Assembly: GCA_963722075.1 (NCBI GenBank)
Contig: CAVRJM010000001.1
Span: 480,001 to 544,000, forward strand
Direction: 5' to 3'
DNA: 64,000 nucleotides
Origin: Candidatus Babeliales bacterium
GTDB lineage: Bacteria > Babelota > Babeliae > Babelales > JANWKD01
Position 1 is the stretch's first letter. Every line of letters starts with the position of its first letter. Shown in pieces: positions 39,747 through 50,242 of this stretch. The translations under genes and the position numbers were made by a program. The notes under the pieces are model-generated. The model was not told the origin of the DNA. It ran no database searches and saw only the letters and a list, made by a program, of their open reading frames with translations.

Positions 39747-41508
39747 TTAGTAATAACTACTAGTTGCTGCCTTCATTCCTAAATAATATTTCATAAACCA
39801 ATATGTACCTGCTATACCAGCTGTGCCGGTATATGTCATAAGTGCAGGCGTAGAGAGAAAGATCTTCTTACTCCATCGTGCGGGAGCACAGATATAAGGG
39901 TGAAATAAAATTTTCCTATAACCAGTTAATCGCTCTTCAGATTTAATAAAGGATATTTCTGGCTGGATAACTTCCTCTCCTGCTTCCCTGACTACCCAAC
40001 GCCTACGGGGCTCTTTGGTACTAGATGATGAAGCTTCAGCATTATCCAGTATATTTTGACCAGCTATCAGCGCTTCTTCAAGGGAAGGACAAGGATCTGG
40101 TTCCAATATGCTTTGAGCAGCTTTTAGCAACATTTCCTTTTCTTCATCATCAGTCAATGAAGCAATTTCCGCAACATCTAATAGTTTTTCTTTCCCTTTA
40201 TCCTTTTTTTCTACTCCTTTATATTTTGCATGATCATTTTTTCTCTTAATATCATAAAGAATTAATGCCTTAACGTTTTCTTCAGCTTCATTAAGACTAT
40301 TTACATATGCTTCAATTTCTTCTTTGCTGTTCTTTACAATACTCTAAAGAAACACTATTATAAACACCTTCTTTTTTCTTAATTAATTCTGCATAGCCAT
40401 TAGCATGGCGCATTAAATCTTTTTTAATTCTTGGCATTAACTTGATAAAATTTTCTCTTAAATGTCTAATTTGCATTCCACCACATCCTTCTGTTTTAGC
40501 TTGATCATCAGCATCATTAAAAAGATCAGAAAGATCTCTATATGCAAAACCATTAGTCAAAAAAGTTAAATTCTCAAGCTCTTCATAAGCACTAGAATAC
40601 ATAGGATATAATCGAGCGAATTGTAATAGCACCTTTTTCCGATCATTATAATTAGGTAATTTCATTTTAATTTCTCGAAACCGGCGAGAAAATGCAGTAT
40701 CTAATAAAAAAGGAAAATTAGTTGATGCAATTATTGTAACATTCGTTGATAATTTAGGAAGTTTAGTTAGCAAACTACTAATTACATTACGGCTTTTTGT
40801 ATCAGATTTTGAATCACCCGACCTCATACCAATCCCATCTACTTCATCTAGTAATACAATAACTTTTTTATTTTCACCTTTTGCCTTTTTTGCAACTTTC
40901 TCTATATTATCAATAATATTTTTGGTAAAAAAAATCCCTTCATTAACCTGCAAATTAGCAAAATCTGTTGCTTCATATTCCAAATAATAAGAATTAGTTT
41001 GGGCAGCAATTTGTTTTACTATGCTTGATTTTCCTAATCCTGGAGGGCCGCTTAATAAATAATGTTTTCTGCGTTGATATAATTCATTAGAACTATTTAT
41101 AGTCGTTTGATTAATATCAAGGTGAATAATACTCTTAATAATATCCTTGATTGGTTTAGAAAGATAATAAGCAGGATCGATCGAAGGTTTTTCTAGTTTT
41201 GTTTGTATGGTAGTTTTCCATTTATGGTACCATTCAGCAGACGCCTGAGAAACTACCGTATTATATGAAAGCATAGTAGTATGAGCTGCAATATTAAATG
41301 CCAAAGGAAGTCCATAGTACAATCCTATATGGGCCCCCACTTTTAACCCCTTCATCCATAATGGTTCTGGATTCGCAGCAGCCGTTCCTACATAATCGCC
41401 AAGATAAGAACCAACACCTTTATTATCCATGGTATATGATAATGGCATACTAAGTACTTGAGTACATAAAACAAAAAGAATGAATTTATTAATTATTTTT
41501 TTAGTCAT
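39747..41508 (-). pseudogene. Secreted AAA+ ATPase paralog, frameshifted near 40325
   Basis: GPPGLGKS, VLLDEVD and ASTNFPFLLDTAFSRRF. The frame of 39747..40157 is open back to about 40325 (KEEIEAYVNSL..KDKGKEKLLD). Confidence 0.8.
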
Positions 41509-41909
41509 AACAACCTAATTTTGTATATAATGATTATTAAAATAATATTGCGGAATTCTTTCTTTTTGTCCAGAAGAAATAAAAAAAACTATCATAACAA
41601 ACAAAAAATATTTGCAATAATTTTTCAAAAGTTAATTTATTATATGATTGCTTTTTTCAAGTATTTACCCGTATGACTCTTTTTATTTTTGCTGATTTCC
41701 TGTGGTGTTCCTTGTGCAATTACATACCCACCTTCATCACCACCTTCTGGCCCTAAATCGATAATATAATCAGCAACTTTTAATACATCGAGATTATGTT
41801 CAATAATAATCATCGAATTGCCTTTATCAATTAAGCGATTTAAAACAATAAGAAGTTTCTCAATATCGTTGGTATGCAACCCGGTTGTCGGTTCATCAAG
41901 CACATATAA
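41487..41909. repeat. 423-bp direct repeat, copy 2
   Basis: See copy 1 at 39291-39713. Confidence 0.95.
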
Positions 41910-44219
41910 AGTCTTAGAACCGCGCTTTGCAAGTTCATCAACTAATTTAATACGCTGCGCTTCACCGCCCGATAAGGTAGTTGATGGCTGGCCAAGTTTT
42001 AGATAATCAAGCCCAACATCACATAATAAGCGCAGTTTTTTTACGATATTTTTATGTGCTGCAAAAAATTCAACTGCTTCAAGCGCTGATAATTCCAATA
42101 TATCCGCAATTGTTTTGCCTTTATAGGTAATTGCTAATGTTTCTTTATTGTACCGCTTACCGTGGCATACCTTACAGGTCATTACCACATCGGCTAAAAA
42201 TTGCATCGATACGGTAATGGTACCTTCGCCATTACATTCAGCACAGCGGCCTTCAGGAACGTTAAAACTAAAGCGGCCCACTTTATAGCCACGCGCATTA
42301 CTTTCAGGAAGTTGCGCAAATAAGCCACGAATTTCATCAAAGACACCCAAATAGGTAGCTGGATTTGAACGTGAGGTGCGTCCAATAGGAGACTGATCAA
42401 TAACTACTAATGATTCTATTACGTTCGCACCGCTTATATCTTCTGCCGGTGGCGCTACTAACTTTGATCTGCCTCTGCTTAATAAATCCCGTTGCAATGC
42501 CGGTACCAATTGATCAAGCACTAAGGTGCTTTTGCCAGATCCTGAAACGCCTGAAATACAACAAAAAACGCCGGTTGGAAACGATACGGTTATATTTTTT
42601 AAATTATTTTGGGTGGCGTTATGAAGTGTTATAAATCCTTTTGGCTTGCGCAACATATCCGGAATTGCTATATACTTTTTGCCCGCTAGATATGCACCGG
42701 TTAATGAATGCGCATTTTTAGCTAGCTGTGCTGGCGTACCAGCTGCGGTCACGGTGCCGCCTAAAATACCGGCGCCAGGTCCCATATCAATAAGATAATC
42801 TGATTGGCGCATAGTATCGGTATCATGCTCAACTACTACCACCGTATTACCTTGATCACGCAATTTTTTTAAGGTATCAATGAGACGATCATTATCACGC
42901 TGATGCAAACCAATACTGGGTTCATCTAAAATATAGAGAACGCCACTTAAGGCAGAACCTATTTGTGTGGCAAGCCGTATACGTTGCCCCTCACCGCCTG
43001 ATAAGGTCATTGCTTTACGATCAAGTGATAAATAATCAAGCCCCACATCTTTTAAGAAGGTTAATCTATTAGCTATTTCTTTTAACAACGAGTTAGCAAT
43101 CGTTTTTTCGTACGCTGACAAAGAAAGTTTTTGAAAAAATAGCAATAATTCCTTTACCGACATACGGGCAAGCGTATCAATATTGGCATCACCAATCCAT
43201 ACTGCTAACGCATACTTGTTTAATCGTTTACCATCACACTCAGTACATTTCTTTAGTTTTAAATAATCAGTAAAAAAACTACTATCAGCTATCTGCTGAG
43301 CTTCAAAGGTCACCCGATCCCAATCGTGAAGCGTACCTAAACCATTACACTTTTTACAGGCACCAATAGGAGAATTGAAAGAGAAAAGGCGTGGTTCTAG
43401 TTCAGGAAAGGATGTAGCGCAGGTTAAACAAATCCGATGAGCCGAATACGTATACTCTTTTTTACCTACTATAATTTTACAAAAGCCGTTTGCTTGTTTA
43501 AAAGCATGCTCTATGGCTTCTTGCAGACGCGCTTGCTCTTGGGCCTTCACTTCAATCATATCAAGCAGTAAATCAATAGAATGTTTATACGTTTTGCCCA
43601 ATTGTAATGCTTCTATTTCATGCTGATTACTAAAGCGTATCTTTTGGCCATCAATAATAAATCGATAATAGCCACTAGTATATAATTGTACTAATTGATG
43701 CGTAAATTCCCCCTTTTTTGCCACCGCAATAGGAGCTGCTATAGAGATGGTTTGCCCTTTAAAATTTTCTTGAACCATTGCGCTTATATTTTCAGGGGAT
43801 TGGGCTGCTATAGCCACCTGACAGGTTGGGCATGAAGGTTTACCGATACGCGCAAAAAGCACCCGCAAATAATCATAAATTTCGGTTATGGTTCCCACCG
43901 TAGAGCGGGGATTATGGCCTACTGTTTTTTGTTCTATGGCAATTGAAGGACACAGCCCATCAATACGGTCAAAATCAGGCTTTTTGGTGATTCCTAAAAA
44001 TTGCCGTGCATACGAAGAAAGTGACTCCATATAACGCCGCTTGCCTTCAGCATAAAGAATATCCAAGGCTAAGGAGCTTTTTCCTGACCCTGAAGGGCCC
44101 GTTATTACTGTTATGGTATCCTTAGGGATTGCCACGGTAATATCTTTAAGATTATGTTCCCGGGCACCGGTAATGGTGATCCATCCGGCCCCTTTTTTAT
44201 TATTTTTTATGATATTCAT
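41640..44219 (-). CDS. uvrA: Excinuclease ABC subunit A
   Basis: GAREHNLK, GPSGSGKSS, LSGGEGQRIRLA, GVSGSGKST, LSGGEAQRIKL and Zn-finger CxxC motifs. Confidence 0.98.
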   Translation of the reverse strand: MNIIKNNKKGAGWITITGAREHNLKDITVAIPKDTITVITGPSGSGKSSLALDILYAEGKRRYMESLSSYARQFLGITKKPDFDRIDGLCPSIAIEQKTVGHNPRSTVGTITEIYDYLRVLFARIGKPSCPTCQVAIAAQSPENISAMVQENFKGQTISIAAPIAVAKKGEFTHQLVQLYTSGYYRFIIDGQKIRFSNQHEIEALQLGKTYKHSIDLLLDMIEVKAQEQARLQEAIEHAFKQANGFCKIIVGKKEYTYSAHRICLTCATSFPELEPRLFSFNSPIGACKKCNGLGTLHDWDRVTFEAQQIADSSFFTDYLKLKKCTECDGKRLNKYALAVWIGDANIDTLARMSVKELLLFFQKLSLSAYEKTIANSLLKEIANRLTFLKDVGLDYLSLDRKAMTLSGGEGQRIRLATQIGSALSGVLYILDEPSIGLHQRDNDRLIDTLKKLRDQGNTVVVVEHDTDTMRQSDYLIDMGPGAGILGGTVTAAGTPAQLAKNAHSLTGAYLAGKKYIAIPDMLRKPKGFITLHNATQNNLKNITVSFPTGVFCCISGVSGSGKSTLVLDQLVPALQRDLLSRGRSKLVAPPAEDISGANVIESLVVIDQSPIGRTSRSNPATYLGVFDEIRGLFAQLPESNARGYKVGRFSFNVPEGRCAECNGEGTITVSMQFLADVVMTCKVCHGKRYNKETLAITYKGKTIADILELSALEAVEFFAAHKNIVKKLRLLCDVGLDYLKLGQPSTTLSGGEAQRIKLVDELAKRGSKTLYVLDEPTTGLHTNDIEKLLIVLNRLIDKGNSMIIIEHNLDVLKVADYIIDLGPEGGDEGGYVIAQGTPQEISKNKKSHTGKYLKKAII

Positions 44220-44336
44220 ACGCTTCCATTTAAATTATTAACTTTTTTGATAGGGGGCTCGAGGCCCCGCTTAATTATTATACTCTATTTGTAATATTTT
44301 GCAAGGTAGGACCATTTGCTATAATTTCCTAAACTA

Positions 44337-44365
44337 TTGACCCTTACTACTAACAAGAGTACCAT
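44337..44365 (+). promoter_or_regulatory. Sigma70-like promoter
   Basis: TTGACC-17 nt-TACCAT upstream of 44395. Confidence 0.5.
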
Positions 44366-44394
44366 AAAATAAGAAAAAAATTAGAAAGGGAGCT

Positions 44395-45021
44395 ATGGCG
44401 TTCAAAAAATTGTTAACCATACTATTAATAGGCCTTATTCAACGAGCTGAAGCGCACAAAAAAATTTATGATTTTACCTTAAAAGAAGCGGTCACTATAG
44501 CATGGAAAGCAAAAGATGCCTCATACCATTCCCATGAAGCTCATAATAGAAGAAAATATCTGATACAAGCAAAAAAAGCTGAGCCCCTCACTGAGTTAAG
44601 AGAATTAGCCCAAAATAAACTGGACCAATTAACATTCTTCAAAAATGCCTTGGCTAATAAAAAGCCCTATACTCGATTTTTGAACCACAAAACGAATCGT
44701 GGTTGCTTACATACCATCCCTTCGATTGGCTTCTTGGCAACAGGGCTATGGCTTATCAATTATGGTTATACTAATACCGAACCATTTAGCTTTAAAAATG
44801 TTGGTATCAAAACCGGTGCTACTATTGGTGGTATACTAGTAGCTATTTATAGCAGTAAGCATATTTACAAAGGGTTAGTAAATTTATATAAAGGTTTATT
44901 TTACTCATCTTATTTACATGCCCGCACCGATCAAATACAACAATTCTTAACAATTTCCAATCCAGAGAAAATGGATAGTTCTGATGACGATGATAATGAA
45001 CAATCAGACAAAAAAATTTAA
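44395..45021 (+). CDS. Secreted/membrane hypothetical protein
   Basis: AGGGAG RBS, signal peptide and two TM-like segments. Confidence 0.75.
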   Translation: MAFKKLLTILLIGLIQRAEAHKKIYDFTLKEAVTIAWKAKDASYHSHEAHNRRKYLIQAKKAEPLTELRELAQNKLDQLTFFKNALANKKPYTRFLNHKTNRGCLHTIPSIGFLATGLWLINYGYTNTEPFSFKNVGIKTGATIGGILVAIYSSKHIYKGLVNLYKGLFYSSYLHARTDQIQQFLTISNPEKMDSSDDDDNEQSDKKI

Positions 45022-45027
45022 AGTTTA

Positions 45028-45056
45028 TTGATTTTATCAGTAATTTACGGTACGTT
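45028..45056 (+). promoter_or_regulatory. Promoter of tRNA-His
   Basis: TTGATT-17 nt-TACGTT. Confidence 0.5.
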
Positions 45057-45069
45057 AGTCAGCATTAGT

Positions 45070-45146
45070 GGTGAGTGTAGCTCAGTTGGTAGAGCATCAG
45101 GTTGTGGCTCTGAGGGTCGTGGGTTCGATCCCCACCACTCACCCCA
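45070..45146 (+). tRNA. tRNA-His (GTG)
   Basis: G-1 plus gtgagtg/cactcac stem, C discriminator, anticodon loop ttgtggc and encoded CCA. Confidence 0.96.
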
Positions 45147-45289
45147 GTCTTCGCTCCTACGGAGCTTCGCCTGGCACCGCCAATCTAAATGAAATTGACA
45201 TTATTAGCACAACGAAAAGCGAAGACTGCTTGCCCGCCATAGCTTTCTTCACTTCGTTAGTGAAAGCTTACGGAAAGCGACGGCTGGGC
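45144..45289. repeat. Family-B palindrome doublet abutting the tRNA-His CCA
   Basis: ccagtcttcgctcctacggagcttcgcctggca ... agcgaagactgcttgcccgccatagc..gcgacggctggg. Confidence 0.75.
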
Positions 45290-45344
45290 GCCGCTATCGG
45301 TTTGAAATGATGTGCAAGATTGAAATTCAATAATGGAGTAATTT

Positions 45345-45575
45345 ATGTGGTATAATATTTTTTGTTTACATTTTGACGAACTTTTTTTTGGCATATTGCT
45401 CATAGCTTTTGGTATAGCAACTATTTTAAAAGCTATTTTTAAATTTAATATACCGCTATGGCCACTTTTTTGCGGTATTACCCTGATATATCTTGGTATG
45501 CATATCGTTCTTGAAAATACGCGCTTCAACATATGCAAAAAAGAAAAAACATATAATGATGATAAAAAATTTTAG
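45345..45575 (+). CDS. Small membrane protein
   Basis: GGAG RBS and two hydrophobic helices. Confidence 0.55.
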   Translation: MWYNIFCLHFDELFFGILLIAFGIATILKAIFKFNIPLWPLFCGITLIYLGMHIVLENTRFNICKKEKTYNDDKKF

Positions 45576-45604
45576 TTGCGAAATGACAAAAAAAGGTATA
45601 AAGT
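45576..45604 (+). promoter_or_regulatory. Promoter of tRNA-Pro
   Basis: TTGCGA-17 nt-TAAAGT. Confidence 0.45.
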
Positions 45605-45629
45605 AGGGTTTACTTTTAGAGATTAAGAT

Positions 45630-45705
45630 CGGGGCGTGGCGCAATTGGTAGCGCACTCGCTTTGGGAGCGAGGGGTTGCCAGTTCGAGTCTGGCCGCCCC
45701 GACCA
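45630..45705 (+). tRNA. tRNA-Pro (TGG)
   Basis: cggggcg/cgccccg stem, anticodon loop tttggga and encoded CCA. Confidence 0.96.
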
Positions 45706-45740
45706 GTTTTTTCCTACACCCAATTTCTAGGAAAAGCATA

Positions 45741-46490
45741 ATGAATTCCATTAATACAAAGCTTCTACTCTCATTAATAATTTCACTGTATTTCTCCCCT
45801 TTAATTTCAGTTCATTTTGTTAACGATTATATTAAAAACCCATTTGCAGCTCTTAATTCTTCCTATTTATCACAAAATACGCTTACTGCTTCTAAATCAT
45901 ATGCTATAGGTGCTACAGCACTAGTTGGAGTACTTGGTGCCGTATATGCGCTACATCGAACAATAACATATCTGAACGATTGTTGTTTCAATAAGAAATC
46001 AGATCAATATATTATTAAATATGCTCATGCTATACATTATAAATTTTCGCGCCAATTTAGCGTTTTATTAAATCATATTGATGCATATGATCTTACCAAT
46101 CCTCATACAACGCAACAAAAGATCATATTTAAAAATGCGCTGTTGCAGCGATCTACTGCTCTTTTTCCTTTCTTAGAGGCTGTAAACGAAATTAAAACAG
46201 CCCTTATTGTTATTACTCAAACAATTTCTATATTAGAACGAAGAATCACTAGCGTAAAAAGCACCGTTACTGATGCAACTCTTAAGAATGGTACTCATGC
46301 TGATTGTATCGTTATTTTGACCGCCCTCAAAACGTCATTACAAAAATTAAATACTAAATTAGAACGTTTAAAAAATGAAATAACCAGTTGTTATGAATAT
46401 AAAATGGAATTAAGAGAAAATAATACCCGCAATCAACTTTTTCTCAATGCCATTTTGGCATCTGCTGCAATAGGGGCATTAGTATGGTAG
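45741..46490 (+). CDS. Secreted coiled-coil membrane protein (paralog family with 48856 and 49533)
   Basis: Start refined to MNSINTK because the listed ORF start overlaps tRNA-Pro. Contains LERRI and LKNEITSCYEY. Confidence 0.75.
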   Translation: MNSINTKLLLSLIISLYFSPLISVHFVNDYIKNPFAALNSSYLSQNTLTASKSYAIGATALVGVLGAVYALHRTITYLNDCCFNKKSDQYIIKYAHAIHYKFSRQFSVLLNHIDAYDLTNPHTTQQKIIFKNALLQRSTALFPFLEAVNEIKTALIVITQTISILERRITSVKSTVTDATLKNGTHADCIVILTALKTSLQKLNTKLERLKNEITSCYEYKMELRENNTRNQLFLNAILASAAIGALVW

Positions 46491-46726
46491 CAACAACCAC
46501 TAAATGGTTATTCCTTCTGATATTTTTACTATGCGGTTCATATATACAATCAATGAATATCTTGAAGCCTTATGATAATTCTACTGACACAAAAATTGAT
46601 CTCATATGTCCCCTGTTTATGGTAACAGTAGTAAGTGCCTACCAAGAAGCAAAAAAGAAAATGGTGGAATTATTTTTTACTGAACAGTTAGCAAACATGC
46701 CCATTAACCATGACAAAACCGATTAA
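46484..46726 (+). CDS. Small secreted hypothetical protein
   Basis: Signal-like N-terminus that overlaps the upstream stop. Confidence 0.5.
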   Translation: MVATTTKWLFLLIFLLCGSYIQSMNILKPYDNSTDTKIDLICPLFMVTVVSAYQEAKKKMVELFFTEQLANMPINHDKTD

Positions 46727-46749
46727 CTTTTTTACCCAAGACAAATACC

Positions 46750-47643
46750 ATGAATTATAGATATTTTATAGTACTCTGCACATTTTTTCTAAATAGTTAT
46801 GCACTTGTTCAGCAAGAACCGGAACTAGTTAACGAAGTAAAATACATAGTAATACATAATGCTAATACTATAATAGAAGGGCATTTCTTAACACCAATAG
46901 AAATGCAGATTCTATGTAATATATTTTTCTATTCTTATCAACTCACTCAAAAAATGTTTTTATTACAGCATTATAAATATAGATTTGCAGAATTAATTAT
47001 GCATTATATGGGTCCACAGGATACTAATCCCCATGCACAGCAGCCCGCTCATAATAAAGCATTAAAGTTATTACAAAAGATACAACGCACTGAACTAGAA
47101 TATAAAAAATTAAATCAAATATGGGTTATCATTGAAGCATATTTAAATGCACCTGAGCAGAAAAAAATAGCTGATTTTATTGCACAACGAGCTATTGAAC
47201 GATTAACATTCACTGAGCATTATTTGCAACAACAAAGCGAATATTTTAACACCGCATTGCATGACCAAAAAGAAAATATACTTGCTAGTGCTTCTCATAT
47301 CGCAACTACCGGTAATTGCCTCCAGGCAATTATAGATGGCGTTTTACCCTTCAATCAACCGGATTGCAGCTTTCCAACCTTAAATAAATACGATTTGGCA
47401 CAACGTCTTGTTTTAATGCTTACTTCTGAAATTAAAACACAGCTCAACGCTATTATTGATGTCCACCGTTCTTATCAAATGACATTATATATTAGTATTT
47501 TGTTCGATCAAATTTATTATGAAGCGTTCTTTGCTTACTTAACCCAACAGATCCCAGATTTTTCAATGTTCAACATGTTTAATGAAGAAGGAATAATTCC
47601 CACCCAAGCACGAGTAGAATTATTGCCCCATGTTATTGATTGA
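46750..47643 (+). CDS. Secreted helical hypothetical protein
   Basis: 297-aa ORF with a signal peptide, overlapping the rodA start. Confidence 0.75.
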   Translation: MNYRYFIVLCTFFLNSYALVQQEPELVNEVKYIVIHNANTIIEGHFLTPIEMQILCNIFFYSYQLTQKMFLLQHYKYRFAELIMHYMGPQDTNPHAQQPAHNKALKLLQKIQRTELEYKKLNQIWVIIEAYLNAPEQKKIADFIAQRAIERLTFTEHYLQQQSEYFNTALHDQKENILASASHIATTGNCLQAIIDGVLPFNQPDCSFPTLNKYDLAQRLVLMLTSEIKTQLNAIIDVHRSYQMTLYISILFDQIYYEAFFAYLTQQIPDFSMFNMFNEEGIIPTQARVELLPHVID

Positions 47644-48742
47644 TCGCCGCTATTTACGATATTTTGATTGGCTTAGTTTTTTTATCACCACTTTTTTGTG
47701 CGCCATAGGATTGATTTTTGTTTTTAGCGCTACCTATAAAATAGATACGCCCTATTCACTTTTCTTTAAAAAGCAACTTTTTGGCATTGTAAGCGGCTTT
47801 ATTATTTATTTTCTTTTTTGTTTCAGTGATTATCGTACCCTGTATCGCTGGGGTTATTTTTTATATTTTTTTATTATCGGCTTATTAACATTTACCCTTA
47901 TCAAAGGAAGCATCGGTATGGGAGCTCAGCGATGGATCAATTTATTCTTCTTTAAATTTCAGCCATCAGAACTTGCAAAATTATTTTTACCAGCATTCAT
48001 TACCTACCATTGCTTTACAGAACAAAGCTTTCCAAGGCTCACCTTGCATCAATTCTGGCCTATGATTCTTATGATTATTATTAGCTTTATTTTAATTAAA
48101 AAACAGCCCGATTTAGGTACCGCTCTTATTATTCTTTTTTCTGGGTTACTGCTATTATGGTTTGCCGGTATACCAAAAAAATTTTTCTGGTGCAGCTTCT
48201 TAATAATATTAATAACCGCACCCCTCAGTTGGCATTTTTTAAAACCGTACCAAAAAAAAAGAATAGCGGTATTTTTAGGATATGGTGATGAATATAAGGA
48301 ACGCTATCAAATCGAGCAATCTAAAATAGCCATTGGCTCAGGAGGAGTGCTGGGTAAAGGTTTTTTACGCGGTACCCAAAATAAGCTGCAATTTTTACCA
48401 GAAAGTCGCACTGATTTTATTTTTTCAGTGATTGCTGAAGAATACGGCTTTACTGGCGTATTACTCCTCATTCTTCTTTTTTCAATTCTTTTTAGTCGTC
48501 TTTTTTATATTATTACCACCATAAAAAATTGTTATGCACAATTGCTTGCTGTTGGTCTTATTATTCATTTGTTACTTTCGACCCTTATTAACATCGGCAT
48601 GGTTATCGGATTGCTACCAATTGTTGGAATTCCTTTACCACTTATCAGTTATGGTATTACGCATTTATGGATTGCGCTTGCTAGCTTAGGTTGGTTTAAT
48701 GGAATTGCCATGCGCCGATTCTATATAACGGCCATTGCATAA
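47630..48742 (+). CDS. rodA: Rod shape-determining protein RodA (SEDS)
   Basis: GAQRWI, FQPSELAK, QPDLGTA, QSKIAIGSGG, LPESRTDFIF and GIPLPLISYG. Confidence 0.96.
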   Translation: MLLIDRRYLRYFDWLSFFITTFLCAIGLIFVFSATYKIDTPYSLFFKKQLFGIVSGFIIYFLFCFSDYRTLYRWGYFLYFFIIGLLTFTLIKGSIGMGAQRWINLFFFKFQPSELAKLFLPAFITYHCFTEQSFPRLTLHQFWPMILMIIISFILIKKQPDLGTALIILFSGLLLLWFAGIPKKFFWCSFLIILITAPLSWHFLKPYQKKRIAVFLGYGDEYKERYQIEQSKIAIGSGGVLGKGFLRGTQNKLQFLPESRTDFIFSVIAEEYGFTGVLLLILLFSILFSRLFYIITTIKNCYAQLLAVGLIIHLLLSTLINIGMVIGLLPIVGIPLPLISYGITHLWIALASLGWFNGIAMRRFYITAIA

Positions 48743-48855
48743 TTTTCTTTTTGTATTATATAGAAATGTATAAATTTTAAATAGTTACTTAATGTTGACT
48801 AAAAATTACCATCCATTATAATAATATCATTATTAATATATCTCTTAGGGACATT

Positions 48856-49506
48856 ATGTATAAACAATTATTTGCCATTCTTATTTCATTATCTTTGTGC
48901 TTTTCTTCAGATGCAAAATTTACCCTATTTAGGGAACAACCAAAAGTTGAGATTGAAAAAATCATAAAGCAGGATTATAACCCGTTGGTATTCCTTGGAA
49001 TCGAGTTCGGGTGTGTAGCAATAGCTGTTACCGGGTATTATGCATATAAATGCTACAAACAATATCAGCTTGATTGTAAACCGGCACGCGACCTCGTTCA
49101 AGAATCAAGAGATACTTTAAAGCGAATTAGACAAATCCATAATGCATTTTTAGAACAACCTAATAGCTCCTTAGGCATAGATATTCAACACAAAATGATT
49201 TCATCTGATAATTTTAAAAAGATCGTTATTGAAGAATATAACGGCTATTCTTATCCTTTTGTCAATTGCAAAAAATCTTTAGAAAAATCAATCAACGAAT
49301 GCCAAACCATTTTAGAACAATTAGAAAGAAGAATTATAAGAATTAAAGATTGCATAAGTGATCATGATGAATATATCCCTAAACTGGAAGCTTTAGAACT
49401 AAAATACGATAGATTGGTTAATATTTTAACAATCATAAAAAATGAAGTGGAACATAGTTATGAATATCAAATTGAACAAAATATTTTAAATATTCCACGT
49501 CGATAA
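48856..49506 (+). CDS. Secreted coiled-coil protein, tandem paralog A
   Basis: TAGGGACATTATGTATAAACAA start shared with 49533. Contains KPARDL, INEC..ILE.LERRI and KNEV..SYEY. Confidence 0.8.
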   Translation: MYKQLFAILISLSLCFSSDAKFTLFREQPKVEIEKIIKQDYNPLVFLGIEFGCVAIAVTGYYAYKCYKQYQLDCKPARDLVQESRDTLKRIRQIHNAFLEQPNSSLGIDIQHKMISSDNFKKIVIEEYNGYSYPFVNCKKSLEKSINECQTILEQLERRIIRIKDCISDHDEYIPKLEALELKYDRLVNILTIIKNEVEHSYEYQIEQNILNIPRR

Positions 49507-49532
49507 AAAATATAAAACTATATAGGGACATT

Positions 49533-50231
49533 ATGTATAAACAAATATTTACTCTTATTATTTCACTTTCTTTAATATCCTCTTCCAGCGCAGAATTTAC
49601 TTTATTTAAAAAAACCCAGGTATATGATAAGCCATCTCCTCTTGATAATTGTTGCTTAAAGCCGTTAGCTTTCACCATTGCCGGTGTTGCAACCATCGGC
49701 CTAGTAAGCGCGGGTTATCAGTTTATTAAATGTTATTATTTAGATAAAAAGCCGGCACGGGAACTTATTAATGAATCGCGCGATGCATTAAAGCGTATTA
49801 AACAAATACATAATGCTTTATTATGCCAACCGGTGATTTCACAACTTCCTGAAGGTCAAGAAAGAATGGTTGCGGAGTTCAATTTCAAGAAAACAATTAC
49901 AAATACTTATGAGGAGCGGCATCCATTCATTACATGCAAGAACGACTTAAGAGATTCGATCAATGAATGCATAACGATTTTAGAAAAATTAGAACGTCGC
50001 ATTGATAGAATAAAGGATGGCAAAAATGATCATAAGGGATATTTACCTAAATTAGAAAGATTAAAAGTAGAATGTTATTCATTAATAGATTCCTTAACTG
50101 CAATAAAGAATGAAGTAGTTAATTGTTATGAATATACCAATGAATGTAATATGTCCCGTACATCCGGTGTAGCGACACAAGCACTCATTTATTCACATGT
50201 TATTCCAATACTACTTACATGTCCTATATAA
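49533..50231 (+). CDS. Secreted coiled-coil protein, tandem paralog B
   Basis: Colinear similarity to 48856..49506. Confidence 0.8.
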   Translation: MYKQIFTLIISLSLISSSSAEFTLFKKTQVYDKPSPLDNCCLKPLAFTIAGVATIGLVSAGYQFIKCYYLDKKPARELINESRDALKRIKQIHNALLCQPVISQLPEGQERMVAEFNFKKTITNTYEERHPFITCKNDLRDSINECITILEKLERRIDRIKDGKNDHKGYLPKLERLKVECYSLIDSLTAIKNEVVNCYEYTNECNMSRTSGVATQALIYSHVIPILLTCPI

Positions 50232-50242
50232 GGTAAACCATT

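Noticed and set aside
45068..45740. ORF 45068..45310 and the N-terminal extension of 45636..46490
   Set aside because: They overlap tRNA-His, the palindromic element and tRNA-Pro, so they are not credible coding sequence.
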